Shown: piece by piece, positions 1 through 7,449 of the stretch
How the letters are laid out: every line of letters starts with the position of its first letter
Position numbering within the stretch: the first letter of the stretch is position 1
Source: Clostridium sp. SCN 57-10
GTDB taxonomy: Bacteria; Bacillota; Clostridia; Oscillospirales; Butyricicoccaceae
DNA length: 31,143 bases
Direction of reading: 5' to 3'
Assembly: GCA_001725215.1 (NCBI GenBank)
Contig: MEFT01000007.1
Span: 1 to 31,143 of the forward strand
The notes under the pieces: generated by a model
Told to the model about the DNA's origin: nothing
What the model saw: only the letters and a program-made list of their open reading frames with translations
Database searches by the model: none
Made by a program: the position numbers and the translations under genes

Positions 1-2
1 CC

Positions 3-821
3 GAAGACCGCTACAGCCATTGGAAAATCGTCGTCGCCGTCGGCGGTGTGATGGGCGTGCATGCCATTGTGCAGCTTTTGAGCGGCGTCGCGTTTTCGCT
101 GCAGGACATTGTTGTTTACCTGCCCGCGTCGGCGCTTTACATTCTCTCAATGGTGTTTGGCTACGTCGGACTGCGTTACATCGAGCTTTCGATCTCCTCT
201 CCGGTGTGCAACTCTTCCGGCGCGCTCGTCGCCATTCTATGCTTTGCGTTCCTTGGTCAGCGCATGACGGGTATGCAGTTTGTTGCCGTGGCGCTTGTGT
301 GTGCCGGCGTTCTCTCTCTCGCCATTGTGGAAAAGCGGCAGGGTGATGCCATGCGCCAGGCGCGCCGTGAGGCGCTTGACGTAAAATATGCCCGCTCGGC
401 AAAGGCGCTCTTGTTTCCGCTGCTCTATCTGGTGCTCGATGCACTCGGTACATTTACGGACGCATTCCTGCTTGAACACTATATTGAGGAGACACAGGCC
501 AACATCGCTTATGAGCTGACCTTCCTGCTCTGTGCTGTTGTCGCCGCCGTCTATGTATTCGGCATCAAGCGTGAGCGCATCGTGCCGCGTGCCGACGCGC
601 CTAAGCTGATCGGCGGCCTGTGCGAAACGGCGGGGCAGTTTGCCTATGTGTTTGCCCTCGGCGCAAACGCCATCATGGCGGCGCCGCTCATCGCGTCTTA
701 CAGCGTGTTCTCCGTGCTGTGGAGCCGTATATTCCTCAAAGAAAAGCTGTCAAAGCAACACTATGCCACCATTTTCCTCACGCTGGCCGGTATTGTGCTC
801 ATGGGCGTGCTCGATATGTAA
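3..821 (+). CDS. EamA/DMT-family transporter, 5'-truncated by the window edge
   Basis: The frame is open from base 3 (EDRYSHWKIVVAVGGVMGVH...), so the real start lies upstream. Many hydrophobic TM segments with DMT-like repeats (GLRYIELSISSPVCNSSG; APLIASYSVFSVLWSRIFLKEKLS). Ends TAA at 821. Confidence 0.8.
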   Translation, partial: EDRYSHWKIVVAVGGVMGVHAIVQLLSGVAFSLQDIVVYLPASALYILSMVFGYVGLRYIELSISSPVCNSSGALVAILCFAFLGQRMTGMQFVAVALVCAGVLSLAIVEKRQGDAMRQARREALDVKYARSAKALLFPLLYLVLDALGTFTDAFLLEHYIEETQANIAYELTFLLCAVVAAVYVFGIKRERIVPRADAPKLIGGLCETAGQFAYVFALGANAIMAAPLIASYSVFSVLWSRIFLKEKLSKQHYATIFLTLAGIVLMGVLDM

Positions 822-858
822 GACGGCGAAGGGGACGTTTGGTTCCCAAGCCGTATCA

Positions 859-891
859 AAAAGCCGTGAAGCGATTTGCTTCACGGCTTTT
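859..891. terminator. Bidirectional intrinsic terminator
   Basis: AAAAGCCGTGAAGC-gattt-GCTTCACGGCTTTT, a perfect inverted repeat between convergent genes. Confidence 0.85.
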
Positions 892-898
892 CTCTGCA

Positions 899-1369
899 TT
901 AGTTATCCGAGCATTTCTCCGCGTCGATGGCAAGCACGACCATGAGCGCCGCGAGCGCGTCCTCACTGTGCGTGACGTCGATCACATAAGTGTCCGTCCA
1001 GTTGAGCAGCTGCTTCTGCGCCGTGGCGACAAGCGCGCCTGATGCGTCATAGATGGCATAGTCCCACGCGAGAAAGTCTCCCTCCACCGACCAGCTCTTA
1101 TAGTCAAGCAAATACGATTGACGGAAAAACGCAAACTGTTTACGCATTTCGCCGACACACTCATCACCGATGTAAAGCTCAAAGCGGGGGAGAAACGCAA
1201 GCCACGCCTGTTTGACCGCGCCGACGGGTTGCCCAGTGCCATCATAAATTTCAAACGCATGGCCGAGGGCAAGTCTGCCGCGCACCGTAAAGGCAACGCT
1301 GCCGTCTTCGTGGTAAATGTCGTAGCTGTCAAGCCAGGAAAAGAATCGTTGTTTGAATAAAAGACGCAT
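899..1369 (-). CDS. LURP-one-related (tubby C-terminal/scramblase-like) protein
   Basis: 156 aa, MRLLFKQRFFSWLDSYDIY...VEGDFLAWDY...WTDTYVIDV...VLAIDAEKC is typical of LURP-one/YxjI proteins. RBS AAGGAGG; 24 bp downstream of the PTS-IIC-like gene. Confidence 0.85.
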   Translation of the reverse strand: MRLLFKQRFFSWLDSYDIYHEDGSVAFTVRGRLALGHAFEIYDGTGQPVGAVKQAWLAFLPRFELYIGDECVGEMRKQFAFFRQSYLLDYKSWSVEGDFLAWDYAIYDASGALVATAQKQLLNWTDTYVIDVTHSEDALAALMVVLAIDAEKCSDN

Positions 1370-1393
1370 GATTTGCCTCCTTTGTGGCGCGAT

Positions 1394-2416
1394 TTACATA
1401 TCGCGCAGCTTCATGTCTCCCGATTTGACCCAACCGATGCGGCGCAGCAGCATGTCGACCGCAAGCGCGACAAGCGCGGGTGCAATGACGTGCACTAGCA
1501 CCATGAGCGCGACAATTTTGACCGAGCCCCATTGCGGCGCCATCACGCCGTACATCGTAATCTGACCGACGAGGCCGCTCGTGCCCATGCCTGCGCCCGC
1601 CGCGATGTTTTCCATGCCGAAGACCGCGCTGAGCGCACCGCAAGCGGCGCTCGCAATCGTGGGCGCGATCCAGATCTGCGGGCGCCGCATGACGTTGGGC
1701 AGCTGCAGCTTTGCGGTGCCAAGACCCTGTGAGATAAGCCCGGAAACGCCGTTATCACGAAAGCTGATGACGGCAAAACCGATCATCTGTGCGGCACAGC
1801 CTGCCGTGGCCGCTCCAGCGGCAAGCCCGCCGAGAGAGAGGGAGATGCATAGAGCCGCCGAACTGATAGGCGACGTAAGCACCATGCCGACGACTGCGCC
1901 GACGGCAAGGCCCATCGGAACCCGCGAGAAATAAGCCGCGGTGTTGATGACATTGCCGAGCCACGTCATGGCCGCGCTGACCGACGGACCGACGAAGTTT
2001 CCGGCGAGTCCGCCCGCGATGAGGACGACAAGCGGCGTGATCACAATATCAACCGGCGTTTTTTTCGATACCAGTTGTCCGAGCTCGGCACCGACAATTG
2101 CGGCGATGAACGCGCCCACGGGGCCGCCCGCCATATAACCGATGGCGCCCGCGCCGGCGCACGAGAAAGCAACAAGGCCATGCGCCTTCAGACCAAACGC
2201 GATGGCAACGCCGATGGCCGATCCGACCACAGGCGACGCCGCACCCAGCACCGTGGTCAGCGGAGCGAGGAACGAAAACCCGGGAATTTTCGCAAGCTGG
2301 GCGATCATGAGGCCGATGATAAGCTAAGAAAACAGGCCGAGGGCCATTGCGCCCATTGCGTCAATGAGATAACGGTGGAATATGCGAGAAAGGAGCGTCT
2401 GGTTATCCTTTGCCAT
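1394..2416 (-). pseudogene. PfoR-like / PTS_EIIC_2-family membrane permease with an in-frame TAG at codon 31
   Basis: ATG at 2416 reads MAKDNQTLLSRIFHRYLIDAMGAMALGLFS*LIIGLMIAQLAK..., in frame with the 304-aa ORF 1394..2308. Family motifs are present (IDAMGAMALGLF, PISSAAL, GLGTAKLQLPN, GMGTSGLVGQI). The stop is at 2324-2326. Confidence 0.75.
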
Positions 2417-2589
2417 GATATTGCCCTACCTTTATGCACTTGAGGAGCTTCCCGCAAGCGCCGATACCGCCAAATATGAGGCGCGGCGCAGATTTTTCCT
2501 CTACGCAGTTCACAAAAAGCCACTTTATTTTTACCTAAGAACGAGGTAGAATGAACGGGTATGCTTTGTCAACAGTGAAAGGAGCGAGA

Positions 2590-5559
2590 ATGAAACAGTT
2601 ATGCAAACGTGCAGTGTCGTTTTGTCTGGCGGCGGCGCTCACGGCGGGTGTGATGCCACTCGCAGCACAGGACGGAATGCACCAGTACAGCGAGACCCAT
2701 ACGGTCGCAGCGGGGCTGACGCTTACATCAGGGCGCTATCACACCGATGCGGGCGCGGCAGGACAGACTTATGTGCTCGATTATACGCCCAATGAGAAAG
2801 TACGCCCCATGGTGGTGTACGGCTCTAAGATATATGGGAAATCGACGGTCAATGAAGCGATTACATATGCACAGAAGCAGGGCGAAACCGTGATGGCGGC
2901 AATCAACGCGGACTTTTTCGACATGGCGACCGGCGTGCCGACCGGCATGCTCGTGCGGGACGGGCGGCTCTGCGTGTCGGACGGCGCGTGGAACGCCGTG
3001 GGCTTTTTTGCAGACGGCACGGCGATTTGCGGCACACCCTCACTGAGAATGAGCCTGACGGCGCAGGATGGAACAAGTATCCCGCTGACCGGGCTGAATA
3101 AAATGCGCACCGCCAAGGGGGCATATCTGTATACCAGCGATTTTTCTGCCAACACGCGCGTGACCACGCCGGGTACCGACGTGGTGTTCACCGCGCCGGC
3201 GGGTGAAACGCTACGGCTCGGCGTGCCGATTCAGCTGACCGTCGCATCGGTCAGCAAAGGCGCGTGGGGCGTTGCACTCGACGAGGGGCGCATGGTTCTC
3301 TCGCTTGACGACGCCTGCACCGCAGGAATCGATTTGTCCACCCTGACGGTAGGGCAGACGCTGACACTGACGTGCGAAACGCCCGACAGGCGCTGGAACG
3401 ATGTGGTTTTTGCCAGCGGCGGGGGAGATATGCTACTGCGCGACGGCTCGTTCACCTCGTCGGCCACCGGTGAAACGGCACCGCGCACCGCGCTTGGCGT
3501 ACGGCCAGACGGCTCTTTTGCCATCATCGTCGCCGACGGACGGCAAAAGGGCGTGGCGGATGGCGCAAGCCTCAAGAGCGTTGCCGAGCGGCTCAAGAGT
3601 ATGGGCTGCACCAATGTGATCAATTTGGACGGCGGCGGATCAAGCATCCTGTCGGCGCGTGAAAACGGAGAAATGCGCGTGCCTGTCATTTCGCTGCCCT
3701 CAGACGGCACACCGCGCAAATGCGCCAACTACATTATGTTCGTCAACAAAGGCGATCCGAACGGCGCCCAATCTGCTGTTACGGTGTTCCCGCGCGAACA
3801 GACCGTGCTTGCCGGTGCAAACGTAACGCTTTCTGCGCTGGTGCGCAACAGCGATTATTTTCCGTTTGGCGCGTTTACCGGCGCGCTTTCGATTGTCAGC
3901 GGTGACGGTGCGCTGAGCGGCAATGTGCTGACGACGGGAGCCAAAGGGCAGATCATCGTCGGCGTGCAGACCGGCATGGACGTCACGCCGTCGCGTATCA
4001 CCGTGACCGACGCGCCCGCGCGCGTTTCGTTCGTCACGGCGGGCACCGACACGCCGCTGAACGATCTGTACATGGAAACAGGCACGACAGTCGACCTCAA
4101 TGTGCTTTGCTCGGACGGTGTGCGCACCATTACCTCGCAGGATACGCAATTTACGTTCGCTGCCACGGGCGGTATTGGTACGATTGACGCGAACGGCGTG
4201 TTCACCGCGGTGACGACACCCGGCGCAAGAGGGAAGATTACGGCTACCTACGCGGGCGTGTCGGTCACGCTGCCCGTTATGGTCGGCCATGCGCCCGAGC
4301 TGCTCGACGGATTTGAAACCCAGCGCAACTATCTGACCGACGTCGAGGGACTGGAAGGCGCAAGCGCGACGGCAGAGATCACCAAGGCGGCCGAGGCGGC
4401 ACGCTACGGCTTTGGAAGCCTGCGGTTTGCCTATCAGGCGCCTGCGCCCGCAGCAGGTGAGGCAGGCGCACGCCTCTCGTGCACGGCGGCCTCCTATTAT
4501 CCGATCAAGAACGGCACGGTGGCTGTTACATGGTTTGCGCAGGGCAGCGGTGCCTATGCCGTCGAGTTCGTCGACGCGGCGGGCAACGTGCTGCGCACCG
4601 GCTTTACACTGAGCGGCGAGGGCTGGCAATTTGTACGCGTGCCGCTGCCCAAGGGGGCTGTGAAGCTGCGCGGCTTCTCGGTAAGCACGGCAGACCAGAC
4701 GAGCGGCACGCTTATCGTCGACCAGATGATGGCACAGTTTACCTCGGCAGATCCTGATATGGTGCCGCCCGTCATTTCGCTGACCGTAGAAGACAGCGTG
4801 GTCACGGCGCTCATCACCGATGCGTATCCGCTGCCGTTGACGGCGGGCATGATTGCGCTGCTCGTTGACGGAACGGCTTATCCGTTTGAGTTTGACGCCG
4901 AGCTCGGCGTGCTGACCGCCGTGCTTCCGCTTGACGGTGCGAAGCACAGCGTCACCGTTACGGCGCGCGACAGCTTCTACAATACGGCGCGCGCAAGCAA
5001 GGCGGTGGGTGAAGCGCAGACGCATGTGTTTGCCGACATCGCAAAGCATTGGGCGCGCGATTATGCCGAGTTCCTGTGCGCTAAGGGCGTGTTTTCGGCA
5101 GACAAAAAGTTTATGCCGCAGCGCAACACGACAAACGAGATGGCAGCAACGCTTATTTCACGCTATCTGGGCGTAGACACCTCAAAGTATGACGCTGTCG
5201 CACTGCCGTACAGCGACGCGGGAAAAATTGCACCGTGGGCGCTGCCCCATGTGCGTGCGCTTTACGCGATGGGCGTGATGAAGGGCAGTGCATATCATGG
5301 CGTGCCCGTCTTCAAGCCGCAGAGCGAGGCAAGCCGCGCGCAGGTCATGACCATTATGGGACGCACACTGCCGCGCGGCGCAGCGTACGGCACGCCGTCG
5401 TTTGACGACTGGGCCAACGTACCCGTATGGGCGCGCGAGCACATTACAGAGCTGTGGGGCGCGGGCGTCGTCAGCGGCGCGGGCGGCACGAACACCGTGC
5501 TGCCCGTCAACCCAATTACGCGCGCAGAATTCGCGGCGCTGCTGTTTAAGCTATATTAA
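2590..5559 (+). CDS. Secreted phosphodiester glycosidase (NAGPA-family) protein with C-terminal SLH domains
   Basis: Start chosen at ATG 2590 after GAAAGGAG. Signal peptide; NAGPA motifs AINADFF, PRTALG, DGRQ, NLDGGGSS; Ig-like middle region; three SLH-like repeats (FADIAKHWA, SRAQVMTIMGR, ITRAEFAALL). Confidence 0.85.
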   Translation: MKQLCKRAVSFCLAAALTAGVMPLAAQDGMHQYSETHTVAAGLTLTSGRYHTDAGAAGQTYVLDYTPNEKVRPMVVYGSKIYGKSTVNEAITYAQKQGETVMAAINADFFDMATGVPTGMLVRDGRLCVSDGAWNAVGFFADGTAICGTPSLRMSLTAQDGTSIPLTGLNKMRTAKGAYLYTSDFSANTRVTTPGTDVVFTAPAGETLRLGVPIQLTVASVSKGAWGVALDEGRMVLSLDDACTAGIDLSTLTVGQTLTLTCETPDRRWNDVVFASGGGDMLLRDGSFTSSATGETAPRTALGVRPDGSFAIIVADGRQKGVADGASLKSVAERLKSMGCTNVINLDGGGSSILSARENGEMRVPVISLPSDGTPRKCANYIMFVNKGDPNGAQSAVTVFPREQTVLAGANVTLSALVRNSDYFPFGAFTGALSIVSGDGALSGNVLTTGAKGQIIVGVQTGMDVTPSRITVTDAPARVSFVTAGTDTPLNDLYMETGTTVDLNVLCSDGVRTITSQDTQFTFAATGGIGTIDANGVFTAVTTPGARGKITATYAGVSVTLPVMVGHAPELLDGFETQRNYLTDVEGLEGASATAEITKAAEAARYGFGSLRFAYQAPAPAAGEAGARLSCTAASYYPIKNGTVAVTWFAQGSGAYAVEFVDAAGNVLRTGFTLSGEGWQFVRVPLPKGAVKLRGFSVSTADQTSGTLIVDQMMAQFTSADPDMVPPVISLTVEDSVVTALITDAYPLPLTAGMIALLVDGTAYPFEFDAELGVLTAVLPLDGAKHSVTVTARDSFYNTARASKAVGEAQTHVFADIAKHWARDYAEFLCAKGVFSADKKFMPQRNTTNEMAATLISRYLGVDTSKYDAVALPYSDAGKIAPWALPHVRALYAMGVMKGSAYHGVPVFKPQSEASRAQVMTIMGRTLPRGAAYGTPSFDDWANVPVWAREHITELWGAGVVSGAGGTNTVLPVNPITRAEFAALLFKLY

Positions 5560-5568
5560 GTAAAAATC

Positions 5569-5599
5569 AAACGAGGAGATGCATAGCATCTCCTCGTTT
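5569..5599. terminator. Intrinsic terminator after the SLH phosphodiesterase gene
   Basis: AAACGAGGAGATGC-ata-GCATCTCCTCGTTT, a 14-bp perfect stem. Confidence 0.75.
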
Positions 5600-5635
5600 G
5601 CCGTCCAAAGCCCAAAGTGCTTAACCCATCCGTTA

Positions 5636-5752
5636 ATTCGGCGACATGCGCGCCGAATCAACACGCTAACCCGCCTCTTTTTCTCAAGAAAGAGGCGAAA
5701 CGCCGCAACGCGGCGGTGGAGGATCTAAAGGGGGAGCGCAGCTCCCCCTTTA
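5636..5752. repeat. Cluster of four further hairpins (REP-like or structured RNA)
   Basis: Stems at 5636-5658 (ATTCGGCG), 5672-5697 (CGCCTCTTT), 5701-5715 (CGCCGC) and 5726-5752 (TAAAGGGGGAGC). Confidence 0.5.
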
Positions 5753-5753
5753 A

Positions 5754-5787
5754 GTAAAAAATACCCCCGACAACGTCGGGGGTATTT
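5754..5787 (-). terminator. Intrinsic terminator for the zinc-ribbon gene
   Basis: AAATACCCCCGAC-gtt-GTCGGGGGTATTT followed by a T-tract on the minus strand, 11 bp after the stop. Confidence 0.8.
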
Positions 5788-5798
5788 CTATGCAAATT

Positions 5799-6080
5799 TT
5801 ACTCGCCCTGTTCCTTCAGCTTTGCAAAGCAATCGCTGCAGTAGACGGGTCTGTCGGTCTTCGGCTCGAAAGGAACCTTGGCTTCCTTGCCGCAAGCGGC
5901 GCAGGTAGCGGCAAAGTACTCTCTGGGGCCGCGGGCGGCGTTCTTACGGTTGTCGCGGCAGCCCTTGCAGCGCTGCGGCTCGTTCTGGAAGCCGCGCTCA
6001 GCGTAGAATTCCTGCTCGCCGGCGGTGAAAACGAAATCAGCGCCGCACTCTTTGCATTTCAGTGTCTTGTCTTCGTACAT
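5799..6080 (-). CDS. Zinc-ribbon (zf-trcl) plus CxxC-x17-CxxC domain protein
   Basis: MYEDKTLKCKECGADFVFTAGEQEFYAERGFQNEPQRCKGCR...TCAACG...RPVYCSDCF. RBS GAGAGGT 7 nt before ATG 6080. Confidence 0.9.
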   Translation of the reverse strand: MYEDKTLKCKECGADFVFTAGEQEFYAERGFQNEPQRCKGCRDNRKNAARGPREYFAATCAACGKEAKVPFEPKTDRPVYCSDCFAKLKEQGE

Positions 6081-6085
6081 GGTTT

Positions 6086-6697
6086 TTACCTCTCTTTTGT
6101 CCCCAATGTTCTGGGTGGTGGATTTATGCGAACAGGGATATTCCTGCTGTCGCCGTGGGTCAGTTCGTGTGCCAGCTTGCACCGTATGCGCCGGATGGCG
6201 TTGTCCACGGATTTCGCGCTTCGCCCCAGGCGGCTTGCGATTTCCGAAGTGGTGTATCCTCTCAGATACGAGTCAAGGACAGACGCCTCAAAAGCAGACA
6301 ACAGGCCGGAGAGGTTTTCCCGAATCTCTTGCTCGGATTCGCTTGCCAAAACCGCTTCCTCGGGGCCGGCAAGGGAACCGTCTGCTGAACGCTCTGCGAA
6401 GACTTGCCATTGATCTGAAACGAGCTGATTGCTGAGCTTCTCTTTTTTCTGTGCGCGCAAAACATCGAAAATACGGTTTCTGATGCAGCGAACGGCGTAT
6501 GGCTCGAAATTGGGGTTTCGCGCCGCGTCGTAACTGCGGACAGCACGCAAAAGGCCGATCATGCCCTCTTGGTAAAGGTCATCGTAGTCACCGCCCGCTA
6601 AAAAATAGGGACGGATGACACGGCGCACAAGGCGTGCGTATTCTGCGACGAGGAAGTCCTCATCTATGATATGCGGCTCATGCCGTATGGTATCCAT
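6086..6697 (-). CDS. sigH: RNA polymerase sigma-70 factor, SigH-like
   Basis: RPYFLAGGDYDDLYQEGMIGLLRAV (region 2) and IASRLGRSAKSVDNAIRRIRCKL (region 4) are SigH signatures. The start at ATG 6697 is my inference. Confidence 0.8.
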   Translation of the reverse strand: MDTIRHEPHIIDEDFLVAEYARLVRRVIRPYFLAGGDYDDLYQEGMIGLLRAVRSYDAARNPNFEPYAVRCIRNRIFDVLRAQKKEKLSNQLVSDQWQVFAERSADGSLAGPEEAVLASESEQEIRENLSGLLSAFEASVLDSYLRGYTTSEIASRLGRSAKSVDNAIRRIRCKLAHELTHGDSRNIPVRINPPPRTLGTKER

Positions 6698-6763
6698 AAG
6701 CACCTGAAAGCAAGAAGACAGGCGGGAAGAATTTGTCAAAAAAATTCCCAAGCCTTAGTTTAT

Positions 6764-6791
6764 AGTATATGCGATTTTACGAATTTGTCAA
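6764..6791 (-). promoter_or_regulatory. SigA-type promoter upstream of sigH
   Basis: TTGACA-N16-TATACT on the minus strand in an AT-rich spacer. Confidence 0.6.
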
Positions 6792-6838
6792 GAAAAATAA
6801 ATATATTTTTTGATATTTCGCATAAAGGGAGCGGCGAA

Positions 6839-7297
6839 TTACTTCAGAAGCTCGTCAGGATCGACGGAATATTCGTTTTTCATCGTCGATAAAATGACAA
6901 CCGTGTGGGTCGACATGACGCCGCTTACACTTTTTACGGCGTTAAGCAGCCGCTCCAGAGAATGGGTTGTGTCGGTGGCAACCTTGAGGAAAAAGTCAAA
7001 ATCACCGGTAACATAATGGCACTCTAAAATCTCACGATTTTCGCGTACAAACGATGTAAAACGGTCGATATACTTCGGATGCTCGAGGCTGACCGAAATA
7101 AATGCTGTTACGTCCTTGCCTGCTTTCTGGGGGTCGATGATGGTGGTATGCTGGCGGATCAGGCCGGAATTTTCAAGTTTGCGGATACGCTCGATCACGG
7201 CGGACACCGACATGCTGACCTTTTCGCTGATGACCGAGGCATTCTCGCGCGCGTTGGCCTTGAGACATTTTAAAATCTTTACATCTATATCGTCCAT
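6839..7297 (-). CDS. Lrp/AsnC-family transcriptional regulator
   Basis: MDDIDVKILKCLKANARENASVISEKVSMSVSAVIERIRKLENSGLI (HTH) and ECHYVTGDFDFFLKV (RAM domain). RBS GGAGG before ATG 7297. Confidence 0.92.
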   Translation of the reverse strand: MDDIDVKILKCLKANARENASVISEKVSMSVSAVIERIRKLENSGLIRQHTTIIDPQKAGKDVTAFISVSLEHPKYIDRFTSFVRENREILECHYVTGDFDFFLKVATDTTHSLERLLNAVKSVSGVMSTHTVVILSTMKNEYSVDPDELLK

Positions 7298-7326
7298 GTT
7301 GCTTCCTCCTTGCATGATCTTTTTCT

Positions 7327-7355
7327 ATTATACAAGGGCATCAGAAAAAATTCAA
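7327..7355 (-). promoter_or_regulatory. SigA-type promoter for the Lrp gene
   Basis: TTGAAT-N17-TATAAT on the minus strand. Confidence 0.65.
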
Positions 7356-7403
7356 GCGTTTATTTGCGTATGGGCAAAACAATTTCTTTCCACTTGGATT
7401 CGG

Positions 7404-7440
7404 CAAAAAAGTTATCGGGCGCACCAAAGTACGCCCGATA
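7404..7440 (-). terminator. Intrinsic terminator after the SLH-GH18 gene
   Basis: TATCGGGCG-N10-CGCCCGATA followed by ACTTTTTT on the minus strand. Confidence 0.7.
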
Positions 7441-7449
7441 CGTTTGATG

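Noticed and set aside
2324-2326. Amber recoding (pyrrolysine or an alternative genetic code)
   Set aside because: TAG ends other genes at their expected C-termini (10354-10356, followed 4 nt later by the next ATG; 11303-11305; 23427-23429). No pyl genes are in the window, and the site is a conserved Ser in a TM helix.
2420-2520. Lysine or glycine riboswitch before the PfoR-like gene (GTAGAGG on the minus strand)
   Set aside because: Only a short hairpin follows; the other conserved elements and the required length are missing.
3700-5049. 449-aa antisense ORF, and similar ones at 8255-9532, 12538-13443, 16285-17397, 17297-18754 and 28119-28895
   Set aside because: They lie opposite well-supported genes, show no motifs, and are the shadow ORFs expected from GC-rich codon usage.
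5569-5787. CRISPR array or known riboswitch
   Set aside because: The stems are all different sequences with no repeat-spacer periodicity, and the region lies at the 3' ends of two convergent genes rather than in a leader.
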